Assembly (NCBI GenBank): GCA_951406725.2
Contig: OX597825.1
Location: 29,822,001-29,886,000, forward strand
Direction of reading: 5' to 3'
Length of the DNA: 64,000 nucleotides
From: Octopus vulgaris
Taxonomy: Eukaryota
The position numbers and the translations under genes are program-made. The notes beneath the pieces were generated by a model. The model made no database searches, was not told the DNA's origin, and saw nothing but the letters and a program-made list of their open reading frames with translations. Positions 37,715 to 51,578 of this stretch are shown here, piece after piece. Position 1 is the first letter of the stretch; every line of letters starts with the position of its first letter.

Positions 37715-38140
37715 CAGCGCTGGATTAACCATTAAACAAAATAAACACATGCTTAGGGCATCAAGGGAAGGGGAGGGCACTATGGAAATGGTAAAAGGTT
37801 TGCAGCACAAAAGAAATCACTTTAAACTTGCTAAAATAATATTCAGGATGCTTTATCTCTACAAAGTATTGACGCAGATGTGTTACATAAGATTAAATTT
37901 GAAGAACTGATCAAAAACGTTTCATTTAAAAAAGTAGGATAAAACTTCTCAAATATGAAATAAAGTGAAATTATACAAAAATAAACATTATTTTCTATCT
38001 TACTCTTAGTTTTGTTTCATTTTGGAAAATAGAAAAATTCTTCCATGGTTTATTATTGTATATATTTTGAATTACATATATACAGGTGCACATAAATATC
38101 TTAAGTGTTTAGGGCCTGTATGGGACAGAATCCAGCCTTG
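37715..38140. mobile_element. hAT-like MITE
   Basis: TIRs CAGCGCTGGATT / AATCCAGCCTTG; 8-bp flanks CCCTCCAC vs CTCTCCTC (6/8). Confidence 0.65.
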
Positions 38141-38924
38141 CTCTCCTCCCTCAAATCTTAAAATCCCTATGAAGTGTCATGCCTTCTTTCCTGACTTAAA
38201 AAAGTACTTCAAGACTTTGTTTTTGTGTGGTGTATTTTCTTTTATTGTCCAAGAGCAATAAAAATAGCTGTCATATACTGAGGCTGTTTCAATTGACTGT
38301 TTTACACCCATGCAAACTTTTGCCGTTTTGCCTTTCTATTTACTGTATGTATATACAGCTCTGTAGAATAAACCAGAAAAACCTGTCTTAACCATGGATA
38401 AAAGGAATAGTAGTGGGGTGGGGGCATAAAAATTCCCACATTTCAGTCAGTATTCCAACAATATTCAATTGATTAGCCATAGCTTGTGGCCACTGATTTT
38501 ACTACATGATATAAGCAACCTTAAGCTATATAGCTCGTTTGTACTCATTGAATAGAAGTAGCAGTAGTAGTAGCAGCAGTAACAGCAGAAATCACATTCT
38601 ATACTATTGAGCTTTCAATTTCCTGCAAGTTAGTTCTCTTGATAAACTTTCATTTCATTTTCTAATAACAACTTTCTCATGATTTCAATGTGGATTGCTA
38701 TTTTGGAAAACAAAACCATGATGCAGTCTATATTTGGAACCGTCTTTTAGTGAAAAGAATTTACCTTGAATAGATGTGCATATATGTGTTTATGTATAGT
38801 TATACGTAGACACACGCCCTATCTCACACACACACATATAAAGAGAGAGAGAGAGAGGAAGGGAGAAAGAGGAGGGATAGTGAGAGAGAGCAAGAAAGAG
38901 AGATACATTAATATATACATATAC

Positions 38925-38957
<33 letters not shown>

Positions 38958-39001
38958 AAATATATTTATATATATATATATGTATAATATATATATATAT
39001 G

Positions 39002-39053
<52 letters not shown>

Positions 39054-39596
39054 ATGTATATATATATATTGAGAGATTAAGTGTGCATGCATGCTAGAGT
39101 GCATGTGTGAGCATCATGCATTTCATAATGTTCCTGTATAGTATAGAAATTTTTATAAATTCAAAGAAACTGATATTCAATTGTAAACATCTATATGAAT
39201 GCATCACACACACACACACACACACACATACATACATATACACTCACACACACACACACACACACACACATACATATACACTCACACACACACATGCCCA
39301 TGCATGCTTAGTAATCTTTCTTTTGTTTAACCTGCAGGGCCCATGAGAACTAAATATGAAACACAGTGTGAAAGTATTCTTGCAGCCAGATTTTCATTTC
39401 AATTCCACTTGTGTCGTTAGCATTATTATCAAATTATAAACATCACAACATTCATTTCTCACCCTTCATACTTATGTCAATAGTGCTAAACAGCATCATC
39501 CATCCAAGGCACATGTTTATCATATGTGGAATATGGAAACAAGTTCATTACACACACACACATACACATGCATGTGCACACACACACATATATAAT

Positions 39597-40100
39597 AGGT
39601 GCAGGAGTAGCTGTGTGGTATGAAGCAATCTTCTTACCACACAGGCGGTGAGCTGGCAGAATCGTAAGCATGCCGGGCGAAATGCTTAGTGGTATTTTGT
39701 CTGCTGTTACGTTCTGAGTTCAAATTTCGCCGAGGTCGACTTTGCCTTTCATCCTTTCGGAGTCGATAAATTAAGTACCAGTTACACACTGGGGTGGATG
39801 TAATTGACTTAATCCTTTTGTCTGTCCTTGTTTGTCCCCCTCTTTATTGCCCCTTGTGGGCAATAAAGAAATAAGAAGATTGCTTCGCAGCCATATGGTT
39901 TGGGGTTCAGTCCCACTGCGTGACACCTTCTACTATAGCCTCTGGCTGACCAAAGCCTTGTGAATGGATTTGGGAGACGGAAACTGAAATGAAGCTGTCT
40001 AATGTGCATGCGCGTGTGTTTGTGTGTGTGTGTTTGTTGTGTGTGTGTGTATGTGTGTGTGGCTGCATTCAAATGACTGAAACAAGTAAAAGAATAAAAG
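39597..40100 (+). mobile_element. SINE family A (internally deleted) with a full B1 SINE at 39644-39873 inside its head
   Basis: A head stops at ...ACCACACA, B1 follows, A resumes at AAGATTGCTTC..GGGTTCAGTCCC. Confidence 0.85.
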
Positions 40101-40577
40101 AATATGTATATAAACATTGGATGATTTGACTGGGGTTGGTGAGCCAGATAGCAGCACCAAGCTTCATTGTCTGCTTTGGCATGGGTTCTATGGTTGGTTG
40201 CCCTTCCTAATGCCAACCACTTGACAGAGTGTCATTGGCATTAGGGAGGATACCTCCATGTATGTGTGTGTGTGTGTGTGCACATGCATATGTGTGCATG
40301 TGTGTGCGTGAGGGAGTAACAGAGAAAGAAGGAAGAAGATGCTTAAATACCTATTCAGCATTCCGGTAATATGACTCACCTGATCTTTTAGTTCTTGATT
40401 GCAGATGTACTATTTCACTTTTTCTAGTCTTTCACAACCGCTGAAGTTAAAGTACACCCAGTGACAGATACTTTCGATAAATAAAATTAATTGTTTGACT
40501 TCTTGCATTACAACAAGTCTAAATCTATTCTTTGCACTTGTACAATATAACATTTATTTTTCCCTTTTTATTTTCAG

Positions 40578-40601
40578 ATTCAACATCATCCACCCATTCA
40601 G
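40578..40601 (+). CDS. Candidate 24-nt phase-1/1 microexon, (D)STSSTHS, of the Ig-domain gene
   Basis: tttatttttccctttttattttcag|ATTCAACATCATCCACCCATTCAG|gtagga; strong polypyrimidine tract; final G plus AT of the Ig exon gives Asp. Confidence 0.62.
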
Positions 40602-40630
40602 GTAGGAGAAATTATTTTTATTAATGTATT

Positions 40631-40685
<55 letters not shown>

Positions 40686-41137
40686 CATTATTATTTTCTT
40701 TATTGCTATCATCATTTCAAGAAACACAAAAACTTTTGTTGACATTCACAGTTATTTAATATGAATTAAATTTATATTAATTTCTTTATTTTTCATTTTT
40801 TTTCTTTCTTTCTGTTTTTTTTTTTCCACAATTCTGGAAATAAACCAAACAAAAGAAATTTGTCCCCGAAGCCTCCTTCTTAATTCTACAGCACTACTTA
40901 AGTAGATGTGTACAGCTCTCATAGTTTTAATTATACACTTCATTAAACACAGGCAAATTAATTTTTCGAAATATTTTGCAGAAGTTAATCAACGATTAAC
41001 ATTTTAAATGCAGAAACAAACACACATACATACATACACACACACGCATGCACATACAGATAAATACATATATATATATATACAGACAAACATATATATA
41101 TATGTATTTATCTGTATGTGTATATATATATATATAA

Positions 41138-41185
<48 letters not shown>

Positions 41186-41403
41186 GCACATCTATGATTG
41201 AATGAATAATTGATATAAGACTAAGATTATCTTTTAATAGAGAGAAGAATTAAGTTATATACATTTAGAAGCCGTTGTTCCAAAGAGAATATAAATTTGT
41301 GATGCTTAGTTCAATTCCTGTGAATAGATTCATTGTTATTCTCAAATTTTTACCAATGCATATGCATATACACTTATACACACATCAACACACATACACA
41401 CAA

Positions 41404-41435
<32 letters not shown>

Positions 41436-42693
41436 AAACACACACACATGCACACATGCACACACACATGCACACATGCACACACACTCACACATAAAAA
41501 TTTTTGAGAGAATGAAAAATAATTCTCCTTTGGAACACTGGATCTTGAAGAATACAAGGCTACAGCAACTTTATACCTCGTTTAGAGATTTATTATTGCT
41601 TGTTTACACTTTTTCAAGATCAGTGACTTTTAATCACTGGAAAAAGGATATGTGTACTTGCATTGGGACCCTTTCGCATGAAAGACAGGTGATTGTTGTG
41701 TGCTGTCGATGGGTAAATACCCAGAAACCCGGGTCCGTGCATATCACGTCAGGTCAATGATGGGAAGGATGGCTTCCCTTTGCAGATTCTGATAGGGCAC
41801 AGAAAGTGTGTCAATAGCCAGTTGGAGAAGAATTACTTGTTCACAATAGCATATAAATATTTGGTTGGAAAACCATTTTTGATAGAAAAAGTTAAAGCAT
41901 CGCTGCCTGCCTGCAACAATATGTATGTATATAGACACAAGTGGGCAGAACTTGAATTATTCCTTTAGTTTTAGACGAAACCAATTCATTTTACCTACTT
42001 TTCTAATGTTGTTGGGAAAGGCATGAATACCACAACTTATATTTCATTCTTTCATAAGTAGGTAGAATATTTGATCTTTGTAAAATGAAAATCAATATTC
42101 ACAATTATTAGAACAGTGGAGATAGCCAAAATGATAAAGAATTCGTTTAAATGCTTCAAAGCATTAACTATTCAATTACTTCTTGCTGTTTTTGTGTACC
42201 TGAGGTCACTGAGTTCATTGAAGTACGAATAATTTACCTAATTTAAACAAAAATGAGTTAAGAGGTATAACTGAGAATGACCAGTGGCATACATTGGAGC
42301 AACACAGACAAATACAGGTATATAAAATATCATACAACATAAAGTTTTGGTAATTAAATTTATCGCCACCTCTAGAAGATGTATCAATACTACAAAATTG
42401 CAATTAAGACCAGTGCCACTTGAGAAGGGGAGATAATCTCAGCAGTCGAAAATTCTCCAAAGCTGACATGCCGTAAAGGAAAGAGACAGCCTAATTGTCT
42501 AATGATAAAAGGACAGTCGTGGACATGCATTTCTGGTTCTTTACTCTGGCATAATCTGTCAGCCAGCTGTAGCACTTCAGTGAAAAGAAGATTGCTATCA
42601 AGTCAACAGGATATCGTGCAAACAATCAAGGCACCAACAGTGTCACTGGACATATGACATACCCCTAGGAAGTGATGCAAACTTATGTGGGAC

Positions 42694-42892
42694 TTAAGCA
42701 TTTAAACTAGCCACATCTGGCCCAAATACACTACCTGTTTTATTTTCAAAACAGCCAGATCTGGCCTCTTACACCTACTCTACAAGATCATTCTAAAGTT
42801 ATACAAGCACATCATCAAAATCTTGAAGTTACAAGACAATACATGATTAATTCAAAAGCATATAAAAAGCAGGCATTACATTCGACAGTATA
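42694..42892. mobile_element. piggyBac-like MITE (family E), partial
   Basis: GCATTTAAACTAGCC..CCAGATCTGGCCTCT..CATTCTAAA..CATGATTAATTCAAAA matches the other E copies. Confidence 0.7.
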
Positions 42893-44255
42893 TGATCCTT
42901 CCTCGAAAGAGATCCCAACCCATCACTTGATCAATACAGCAAGCTGTTGCAGGCACACCTTTTCAGCTAAGTAGATTGATGCAACACAAAATGCCATTCT
43001 TTGCTCAAGGATGCAATGTGCTTCTCAGTTTGAGAACTAAGCCCATGATGTAATGACTATGAACCCAATATAGAAGCAACTACCTGTCTTTATCAAGGTA
43101 GCAGCTGTGCAAAAATAATTAATGAATATTTTGTTAGCTCTCAGCTCTGATTTGAAAATTTCCATTGAACTTGGAGAAGATATTTGTATCACTCCTTTGA
43201 GTCAGCACATGAAATCTAAAGACTTCAGTTGTGTCTTCACACTTCTACTGAGTTATGTTATTAACCACTACCAATATCAGCACAAAAAAAAAAAATATTC
43301 CTTTTAATAAATGCCAGCTTTGTGTCTAGTCAGGAAATGAATATTTACTTTAGCAACCAACAGATCTTCCTCTATTCCTTAGCAATGAACATTAATTAAA
43401 ACACAAAAGATGGATATTTAGCAATATTTAGCAATATTTCATTGCTGTTTCTATAGCTACATAAATTGAACCAAAATATTAATTACATATGTACAACACA
43501 ACATTTCCTTTCCCCATAGAATACAGAGAACAAGTTAGCATAGTGTTTGTTTTTTCCATGATAATTGTATGCTTCTAATAAATTCTTTTAAATGTTTAAT
43601 AAGCAAGTTTTGTTTAAACAGAGGTACTAAAAACTAATATTTCTTCATACATTTTGTTTATATTTTCCTTTAGTTTTAGCTATTAATACAACTTAATTAG
43701 CTTGTTGTGTTCCTTAAGTTTGCTTTAAAAATTTTTTAACAATATTGCATTTTTTTTTACTAACATCAAAGAGGATTGCATCAGCCTTCCTCTTCCTTCA
43801 TTGTAGCATTCTCACAAAAACAGTTATGATATTTGCATTAAATTTTGAGAATCATACAGCAGGAGGTAAAACTTCCTGAAAAATTGAATCTGCGTGCTAG
43901 TTTCCATTCCTTACTGAAACACTTACACTTGCATTTTCAGTTATGCAGCAAATACTTTCAGGAAAATTACTGATTGCAGCTGTTTTGCATGTTGTTTGTG
44001 CCTTTTTTTATAAACTGGGTTCTGTGACTCCTTTACTCTTTTTCTAATCTCAATCATTGGATTATGGAAATGCTAGGGTTCTACTTTGAAGTGATTAGTC
44101 TGTCTTTTACACCTTAGTATTATATTTTTTAAGACTGCTACTAATTCTACCAGACTATGTATTTTTTTTTTACCAAATCAATTAAGTTTGAGGATGTAAA
44201 TAAAATATCTGTTGTCAAATGGTGTCATGTAAACACAAATCACGAAAAGAAACTA

Positions 44256-44294
<39 letters not shown>

Positions 44295-45051
44295 TAAACA
44301 AAAACACACACACACAAACACACACACACATACACACACATACACGCACACACACAAACACACACACACACACATGATTGGCTTCTGCACAGTTTCCTCT
44401 CAAAATTCATTAACAAGGTATCGGACTGCCTAATGTTATAAAAGAAGACACTCAAATGCTCAAGAAACTACACAAAAGGATTGAATTAGACACCACACGG
44501 ACATGCCACACCAGTCAAAATATTTCCATAAAGGGATCTTTACACCCTGCCCTCCCAGTCAAATGAAAAGAATAGCTTTTGATATTTAGTTGAGTGTATT
44601 TTGGTGCAAATATAGAATACACAATGCTCTCTGTCAAAACTAATAACCAAAACTTCAGTATAATGATGCCAAAATGGTTATTATTGCTGAACATAATAAA
44701 AGATCATGTCTAGCACAAAACTGGTTATTAAACTTCTCAAAGATTTAACAAGAAAATATTTTCTCAATCAGACAACAACATAATTCTATAATAGCTATGA
44801 TGATGATGACGATGACAATTGGTGTCTTACAGTAGTAGTACAAGGCTAAAAATTTTGCAAAGAATATAAAGGACTTGTCTAATATATATTTTTACTGACC
44901 CAGGAAGGATGAAAAGCCCAGTTAATTTCAGCAGGATTTGATAAGGGCATTAAAAGATAAAATCAAATATTGTTAGAGATTTAGTCAAGTTTTCAAGCAA
45001 TTCTTCAACTAGGCTACCAATAATAATAATAATAATAATAACAATAGTAAT

Positions 45052-45266
45052 ATTCTTTTCTACTAAAGGTACAAGACCTGAAATTTGTTGGAGAGGACTA
45101 GTCAATTACATCGATCCCAGTGTTTCACTGGTACTTAATTTAACAACCCTGAAAGGATGAAAGGCATAGTCGACTTTGGCAGAATTTGAACTCAAACTCA
45201 AGGACAGACAAAATACCACTAAGCATTTTGCCTGGCCTGCTAACGATTCTGCCAGCTTGCTGCCCA
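45052..45266 (-). mobile_element. SINE family B (tail B2) within (TAA)n
   Basis: Complete B body and B2 tail. Confidence 0.85.
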
Positions 45267-45862
45267 AATAATAATGATGATGATAATAATAATGATAATA
45301 ATAATAATAATAATAGTATAATCACAGAGTCCACTCTGTTGCAATTACTGAGGACAGTTTGATGATATATTCCTTCCTATCTCTCTCTCCTAACCATCAC
45401 AGAGAGCTCTGCCTAAAAATGAGCCAATGAACTTGCCTTTCCTTCAGCCCAAAGGATTAACCCAAAAAATAATTTAATAGGTTTATGTCTTCAATTCCAT
45501 TCCATAGTTAAAGATTTTTTTTCAAAACCATTCATGGAAGTAGAATTATGTAAAAGTTCTATTCTTCTCAAGGGTAGTGATGTGGACAGTCGAAGTTTCT
45601 TGCTTATATATTTTAAAACCTAACTTTCATAACTATGGGTCAATAACATTTGAAATGATTACTCTCTCAACAAATTATTTGTACACCATTAGTAAAATGT
45701 TAAAAACATAAAAGAAAGACATTTTTAATGGCATATAAAGTGCATAACATTAATGAATTTATAAATATTCAATTTGTTTATTCAATTTTTTATAAATTAA
45801 TAATAGCTCTGTTAATGGATTCTACGAAATCCATATATGATATGTATATCTGTGTGTGCATG

Positions 45863-45893
<31 letters not shown>

Positions 45894-47000
45894 ATACATA
45901 TATGTATGTATATATATATGCACACACACATACTTATGCACATACGCACACACACATATATATATATATATATACACACATGTACATACATATGCATATA
46001 TATATAAATATATATATATATTTATATATACGTGTACACACACATATATGTAGCTATATGTATACAGAGAGAGAGAGATAGAGACAGACAGACAGAGACA
46101 GAGTGAGAGAGATAGAATTGTAACTCTGCTTTTGACATTTCACATTTCCAGAAATTATAAAGTACAATGACTAATTTCTGGATTTTAAGAAGTAATATTG
46201 GTCTGGTGTAAATTCCTTGTCTATTGTCGTTGCTGTTGAATTTAACCCTTGTTAAACATGCAGTACAGCTACATAAGTTATTGCACATTACATTACTTTT
46301 ACTTAAAATGACAAAGGGAAAGTGTTATCACATCAAAGTGACGATATTAACAAGAAAAGAAATCATAAAGGAATTACGTTGGGTGTTAAACTTTGAAGCT
46401 TTAGGAAAGTTTGATAAAATGGTTGAGGAAAAATTCAGCCTATTGTAAAACATTAATGCTTGCAGTGTCTATATTTGCCACTGTACTTGACGATGATCAA
46501 GTGCTCAAATAGCTACTCCATTAGCTGTCTAGTTAGTATTTTCATCTAGATCTGATCTGATGCTTAATACAGAATGGCTCCTGAGTGTGTGTGCATTGAC
46601 AATGAAGCTCAACATAAAATGTTGATAAACACGAAGGTCACTCAGGCAAAATTTAACAGATTACTCTTATTTATTCCTTGATGTATTTGTCATTACATTC
46701 TTTTTATTGTGTGTACTCTGGTGTATATAGAGAATTCCCAGTACACACACACACACATACACACACACTCACACACACTTATACACGCTCACAAACACAT
46801 GCATATACACTATGTATTTAAGAAAGATTGTTTTCATGCTTGATTATATTCTTTCTGAATAAAAAAGAAGCCAAAGGAAAGTGCTTCAGTTTATAAGATG
46901 GAAGTCAATTTGAAAATAGGTTTTTGGTTTAACAGTAAAATCTTCAGGAATGCATCTCTTCTGTGAGGTATTGTTTTCTCACTTTCTCTATTTGTATATA

Positions 47001-47044
<44 letters not shown>

Positions 47045-47229
47045 CATGTGTCTCCTCTCTCTCCCTTTAAATATATATATATATAATTTATATATATAGA
47101 TACATGCATCCATACATACTAATATGTGTGTATTACATATGTATGTGTATGTGTATATAAACATATGTACTTGTATATGTATCTGTATATATAAATATAC
47201 ATAGATGTAGATACAACCATGAATATCCT

Positions 47230-47264
<35 letters not shown>

Positions 47265-47266
<2 letters not shown>

Positions 47267-48104
47267 CAGAATATGGTGAATAAACTGTTGTCAAAATTAT
47301 GCAAAAATGAAAATAATACTGACATTTCATTTCAACAGATATACTTATCTAAGTTACATAAAAATATTTTGAAATACTAAAGAATAAATTTATTTATTCA
47401 TTAAAATCCCCATTGGCTTCAGAATCTCCTGCAACCCTTCTGGACGGTCTCTTTGTTTAAGTTGGTGAATGCTGCCATAATCCTTGCCTTCAGTTCATCT
47501 TTGATGTTACAAGGAGTTTCGTCGGTCTCTTGTTCAACTGCGCCCTAGACATAATAATGAAGAGGTTTGCAGTCTGGGGAGTTAGGTTGCCAGATTTTAT
47601 GAGTGATGTGGTCACAAAAATTGTCTGATAGTCTGACTGGTTTCTCGCTATTGTCAGACACTCAGTCTTCTAGCAGCCACTCTCTCCACCCAGAACAGTA
47701 TTGCTTCCTCCAGGCACTTGATGTAGGCCTCCATGTTAAGTCTGTGGCCTTGTGGAAAGATGAAGGAAGCATAACGTTGCCATCACAAGTGATCACTCCA
47801 AACACCATGATGTTGACTGGATATTTGATTTTTATCACACCCAGTATATGTTCATCATATTGGTAAATGTTTGTATTAGAACTTCTGGCACTTCATATTG
47901 CAGCTTCTGGTGTGAACACCAAGCAGTACAGCATGTCATTTCCAAATATCTGGCAGAATGATTTGCATCGTGGTGTCGTTTTTCTCACAGAGAATGCCCA
48001 ACTGACCCTACTATACTGTGTAGTCAGCAAAATCAAAAGCAAACAATGCACAAGCACAAAATTAAAAGTATAAAATGGTGACAATTTACCCATCGCACCC
48101 TATA
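47265..48104 (-). mobile_element. Internally deleted Tc1/mariner-superfamily (maT/DD37D-like) transposon relic
   Basis: Minus strand KIWQPNSPDCKPLHYYV*GAVEQET..CNIKDELKARIMAAFTNLNKETVQKGCRRF resembles the WPPxSPDLNPLDY motif region; TIR TATAGGGTGCGATGGGTAAATTGTCACC (48077-48104, rc) with a transition-decayed partner at ~47265-47292. Confidence 0.8.
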
Positions 48105-48552
48105 TATGTATGTATGTACGTACGTACATATGTACGTACGTACATATGTACGTATGTGTGAAATCTAAAGCAGAGAAAGTTGTGAATAGAATTAAATATC
48201 TATTGAGATTTTATTTATTTCTTAATAATACTTTTTCCTCAAATTCACTTCATTTCATAGCTTCCAGTCATTACTTGTTCTATTATCATCTGATCTGATG
48301 ACATAAAAAAAATATGTCATGACTACAACAGTACAGATTATTCATGTAAGAAATATAAAAGATAGACAAAAGGCAAACTAAAACATTTAACAAGATATAC
48401 TCATAGTTACATATTCTTTTGACTAAATTATCATATAAACAATACACTGCAAATGATGTAGGTAGTTGGAATATGAACAAAGTTGTGTATTTTATTCAAA
48501 TCTTCACTAACAGGTATTTTAAGACATTAGGTATCAAATACACACATGTATA

Positions 48553-48640
<88 letters not shown>

Positions 48641-48647
<7 letters not shown>

Positions 48648-49062
48648 GTGTGTTAGTGTAAATATACATATATGTATATAAATATGTGTGTGTATGTATA
48701 TATATATATATATATATAAAAGTATATATATATATATATATATATAGTATATATAGCACACAAATGCATATGCATATATGTGGTATATCTATGTGCATAT
48801 GTCTGTGCATACAGACATATATATATATATATGTTTCTTTTTTACCCACAAGGGGCTACACACAGACGGGACAAACAAGGACAGACAAACGAATTAAGTT
48901 GATTACATCGACCCCAGTGCGTAACTGGTACTTAATTTATCGACCCCAAAGGATGAAAGGCAAAGTCGACCTCGGTGGAATTTGAACTCAGAATGTAGCA
49001 TAAGACGAAATACGGGTACACATTTCGCCCAGCGTGCTAACGTTTCTGCCACCTCGCCGCCT

Positions 49063-49134
<72 letters not shown>

Positions 49135-49296
49135 TATGCACAGACATATGCACATAGATATACTACATATATGCATATGCATTTGTGTGCAATATACTTA
49201 TATATATATATATATATATATTTTATATATATATATATACATACACACACATATTTATATACATATATGTATATTTACACTAACACACACAAATAT
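48641..49296. repeat. Near-perfect ~170-bp inverted repeat enclosing a B1 SINE
   Basis: 48641-48812 is the reverse complement of 49134-49296 apart from (TA)n length and a few substitutions. Confidence 0.92.
48832..49063 (-). mobile_element. SINE family B (tail B1), full length, in (TA)n
   Basis: Colinear with the other B1 copies. Confidence 0.9.
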
Positions 49297-49329
49297 ATAT
49301 ATCTATATATCTACATAATATATATATAT

Positions 49330-49405
<76 letters not shown>

Positions 49406-49679
49406 CAGTGTTTTCCCCTAGGCACATGCAACATTAATGCAATCCCCGAGCAGAACCCTTGTGACAAAACTGGGCCCCTGAATCATGGGCAATAATCCAA
49501 CTAATGGGCTTCCCATCTTCCCAATTTTCTAATGGGCTTTCCATCATTTCAGTTTTCTTCACTGTCCTTGGTGCAATGTAAAACTATAGTAATAGACATT
49601 TCTCCCAAATGCCACAGAGTCAGATTAAATTTTTGGCCTTGTGATTGCCAACAAACATCATATGTTATATATATATATA

Positions 49680-50043
49680 CTTTAATTCTTTTACTTGTTT
49701 CAGTCGTTTGACGGTGGCCATGTTAGAGCACCACCTTTAGTTGAAAAAATTGCCCCCAGGACATTTTCTTTGTAAGCCTAGTACTTATTCAATTGGTCTC
49801 TTTTGGCAAACTGATAGGTTACAGGGGACATAAACACACCAACATGGGATGCCAAGTGATGTTGGGGGAACGAATATATATATGATGGGATCTTTCAGTC
49901 TCTATATACCATATCCGCTCACAGAGCTTCGGTTGTCCTGAGGCTATAGTAGAAGACATTTGCCCAAGGAGCCACTCAGTGGGACTGAACCCAGAAACAA
50001 GTGGTTGGGAAGCAAGCTTCTTACCACACGCCTACTCCTGCAC
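49680..50043 (-). mobile_element. SINE family A, full length
   Basis: Tail, body and head all recognisable. Confidence 0.87.
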
Positions 50044-50059
50044 TTTTTATATTGTTATG

Positions 50060-50215
50060 TTGCTGTGTGGTAAGAAGCTTGCTTCCTAACCACATGGTTC
50101 TGGGTTCAGTCTCACTGAGTGGAACCTTGTGCAAATGTCTTCTACTATAGCCTCGGGCCTGCCAAATCTCTGTGAGTGGATATGGTGTATGGAAACTGAA
50201 AGAAGCACATGATAT
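50060..50215 (+). mobile_element. SINE family A 5' half, head-to-head with the previous copy
   Basis: GCTGTGTGGTAAGAAGCTTGCTTCC...GGAAACTGAAAGAAGC, then microsatellite. Confidence 0.87.
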
Positions 50216-50717
50216 ATATATATGTATATATATACATATATATATACATATATACACCCTCACACACAGACACAGACACACACACACACACACATATATG
50301 TGACTGTGTGTGTATGTATGCATATATACATACATGCATACATACATGCATACATACATGCATACATACATACATACATACATACATACATACATACATA
50401 CATACATACATACGTACATACATACATATGTATATATATATATATATATATTTATAGTTCAAATTTATAGAAAACAAAATACAAAGACTGGTGTATTAGT
50501 TTGACACTTGGGAAGAATGGAAAAATCTTTGATGTTTTGAGCCTTTGCTCAAACCAGATAAACCATTTGGCACTGGGCTTATCATTGCTTAGCTGTTAGC
50601 TGCTAGTTTTTTTTTCAGATTCATACTCCTAATTCCTTAAGCATCGCTAACTTAAGATTTTCCTATTGTCAGAAAATTTCTTATGAGATGGTCATATCAT
50701 ACCTTTTTATTCTATTA

Positions 50718-50754
<37 letters not shown>

Positions 50755-50763
50755 GTTATCACA

Positions 50764-50808
<45 letters not shown>

Positions 50809-50815
50809 TTATCCC

Positions 50816-50864
<49 letters not shown>

Positions 50865-51495
50865 ATTCTAATCTTCATCATTTTATATTTTTTCAATTTT
50901 TCTGGCCTTGTCTCTTTGAATTTCGTTCACAAGATTTATTTTCTCTTGCCCAAGTTAACTTAAACAATTAGAAACCCTGAACACAAAATGCATGGTTTCT
51001 ACCCTCAAAGATCAACTGTACCTTCCTCATCCCCCCACCCCCTATTACATTGTAGTCTGCACACTTTAATATATTCACTTGGAAATGCAAGCCATCTTTA
51101 GATTGCTAAATAAATATTCTCTTTCTTCTCTTTTATCGATTTATTTATCTTATTTATTTTATTCAAGTTTGAAAATATTCATTAATATAATCAATCAAAA
51201 TTGATTTCAAAGATGTCAAATTGTTTCCATGCTTTCTTGATTTAAAAAAAAAATTGTCTTCTCTCTGGTTTCAGACATTTATGTGTATTTCATAATCAAA
51301 ATTATCTTTGTGTTTCTGAAAAAAAAAAAACGAAAAAAAAAACGAAGTTCTTTCTCAAAAAGCAAACAAAACCTATAACTTCTAATTTGCCACTCACAGA
51401 AGTCCTTTTCTAGCTTCTGGTTTAGATTAAGAACAGAAAATATCGAAAGTACATCATTTTGCCGTTAATGTAAGAGAAAAATTAGTAACAGCTAG

Positions 51496-51567
51496 TACTC
51501 AGTAGTATAGTGGTAAGTACCCCCACCTGTTATGCAGGAGACCGGGGTTCGATTCCCCACCAGGGAG
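51496..51567 (+). pseudogene. tRNA-Asp(GTC) pseudogene
   Basis: 72 nt colinear with metazoan tRNA-Asp (TAGTATAGTGGT.AGTA.CCCC.CCTGT.A.GC.GGAGACCGGGGTTCGATTCCCC); anticodon reads GTT, three acceptor-stem mismatches, CpG decay, no CCA. Confidence 0.9.
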
Positions 51568-51578
51568 GCTCATATTTT

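Noticed and set aside
39338-39373. Good acceptor (tttcttttgtttaacctgcag) opening a phase-1 frame GPMRTKYETQ
   Set aside because: Only weak in-frame donors follow (GTGAAA, GTATTC).
49405-49560. CAGTGTTTTCCCC hAT-like end and a 28-bp two-copy repeat
   Set aside because: No partner TIR or TSD found.
50505-50558. Minus-strand GAGC-AAAG-GCTC-AAAAC, like hammerhead stem II plus GAAAC
   Set aside because: Both CUGANGA and GAAA are lost; at most a dead Penelope-type relic.
51496-51567. Functional tRNA-Asn (anticodon GTT)
   Set aside because: The body is tRNA-Asp and the acceptor and anticodon stems are broken; a decayed GTC anticodon is the simpler reading.
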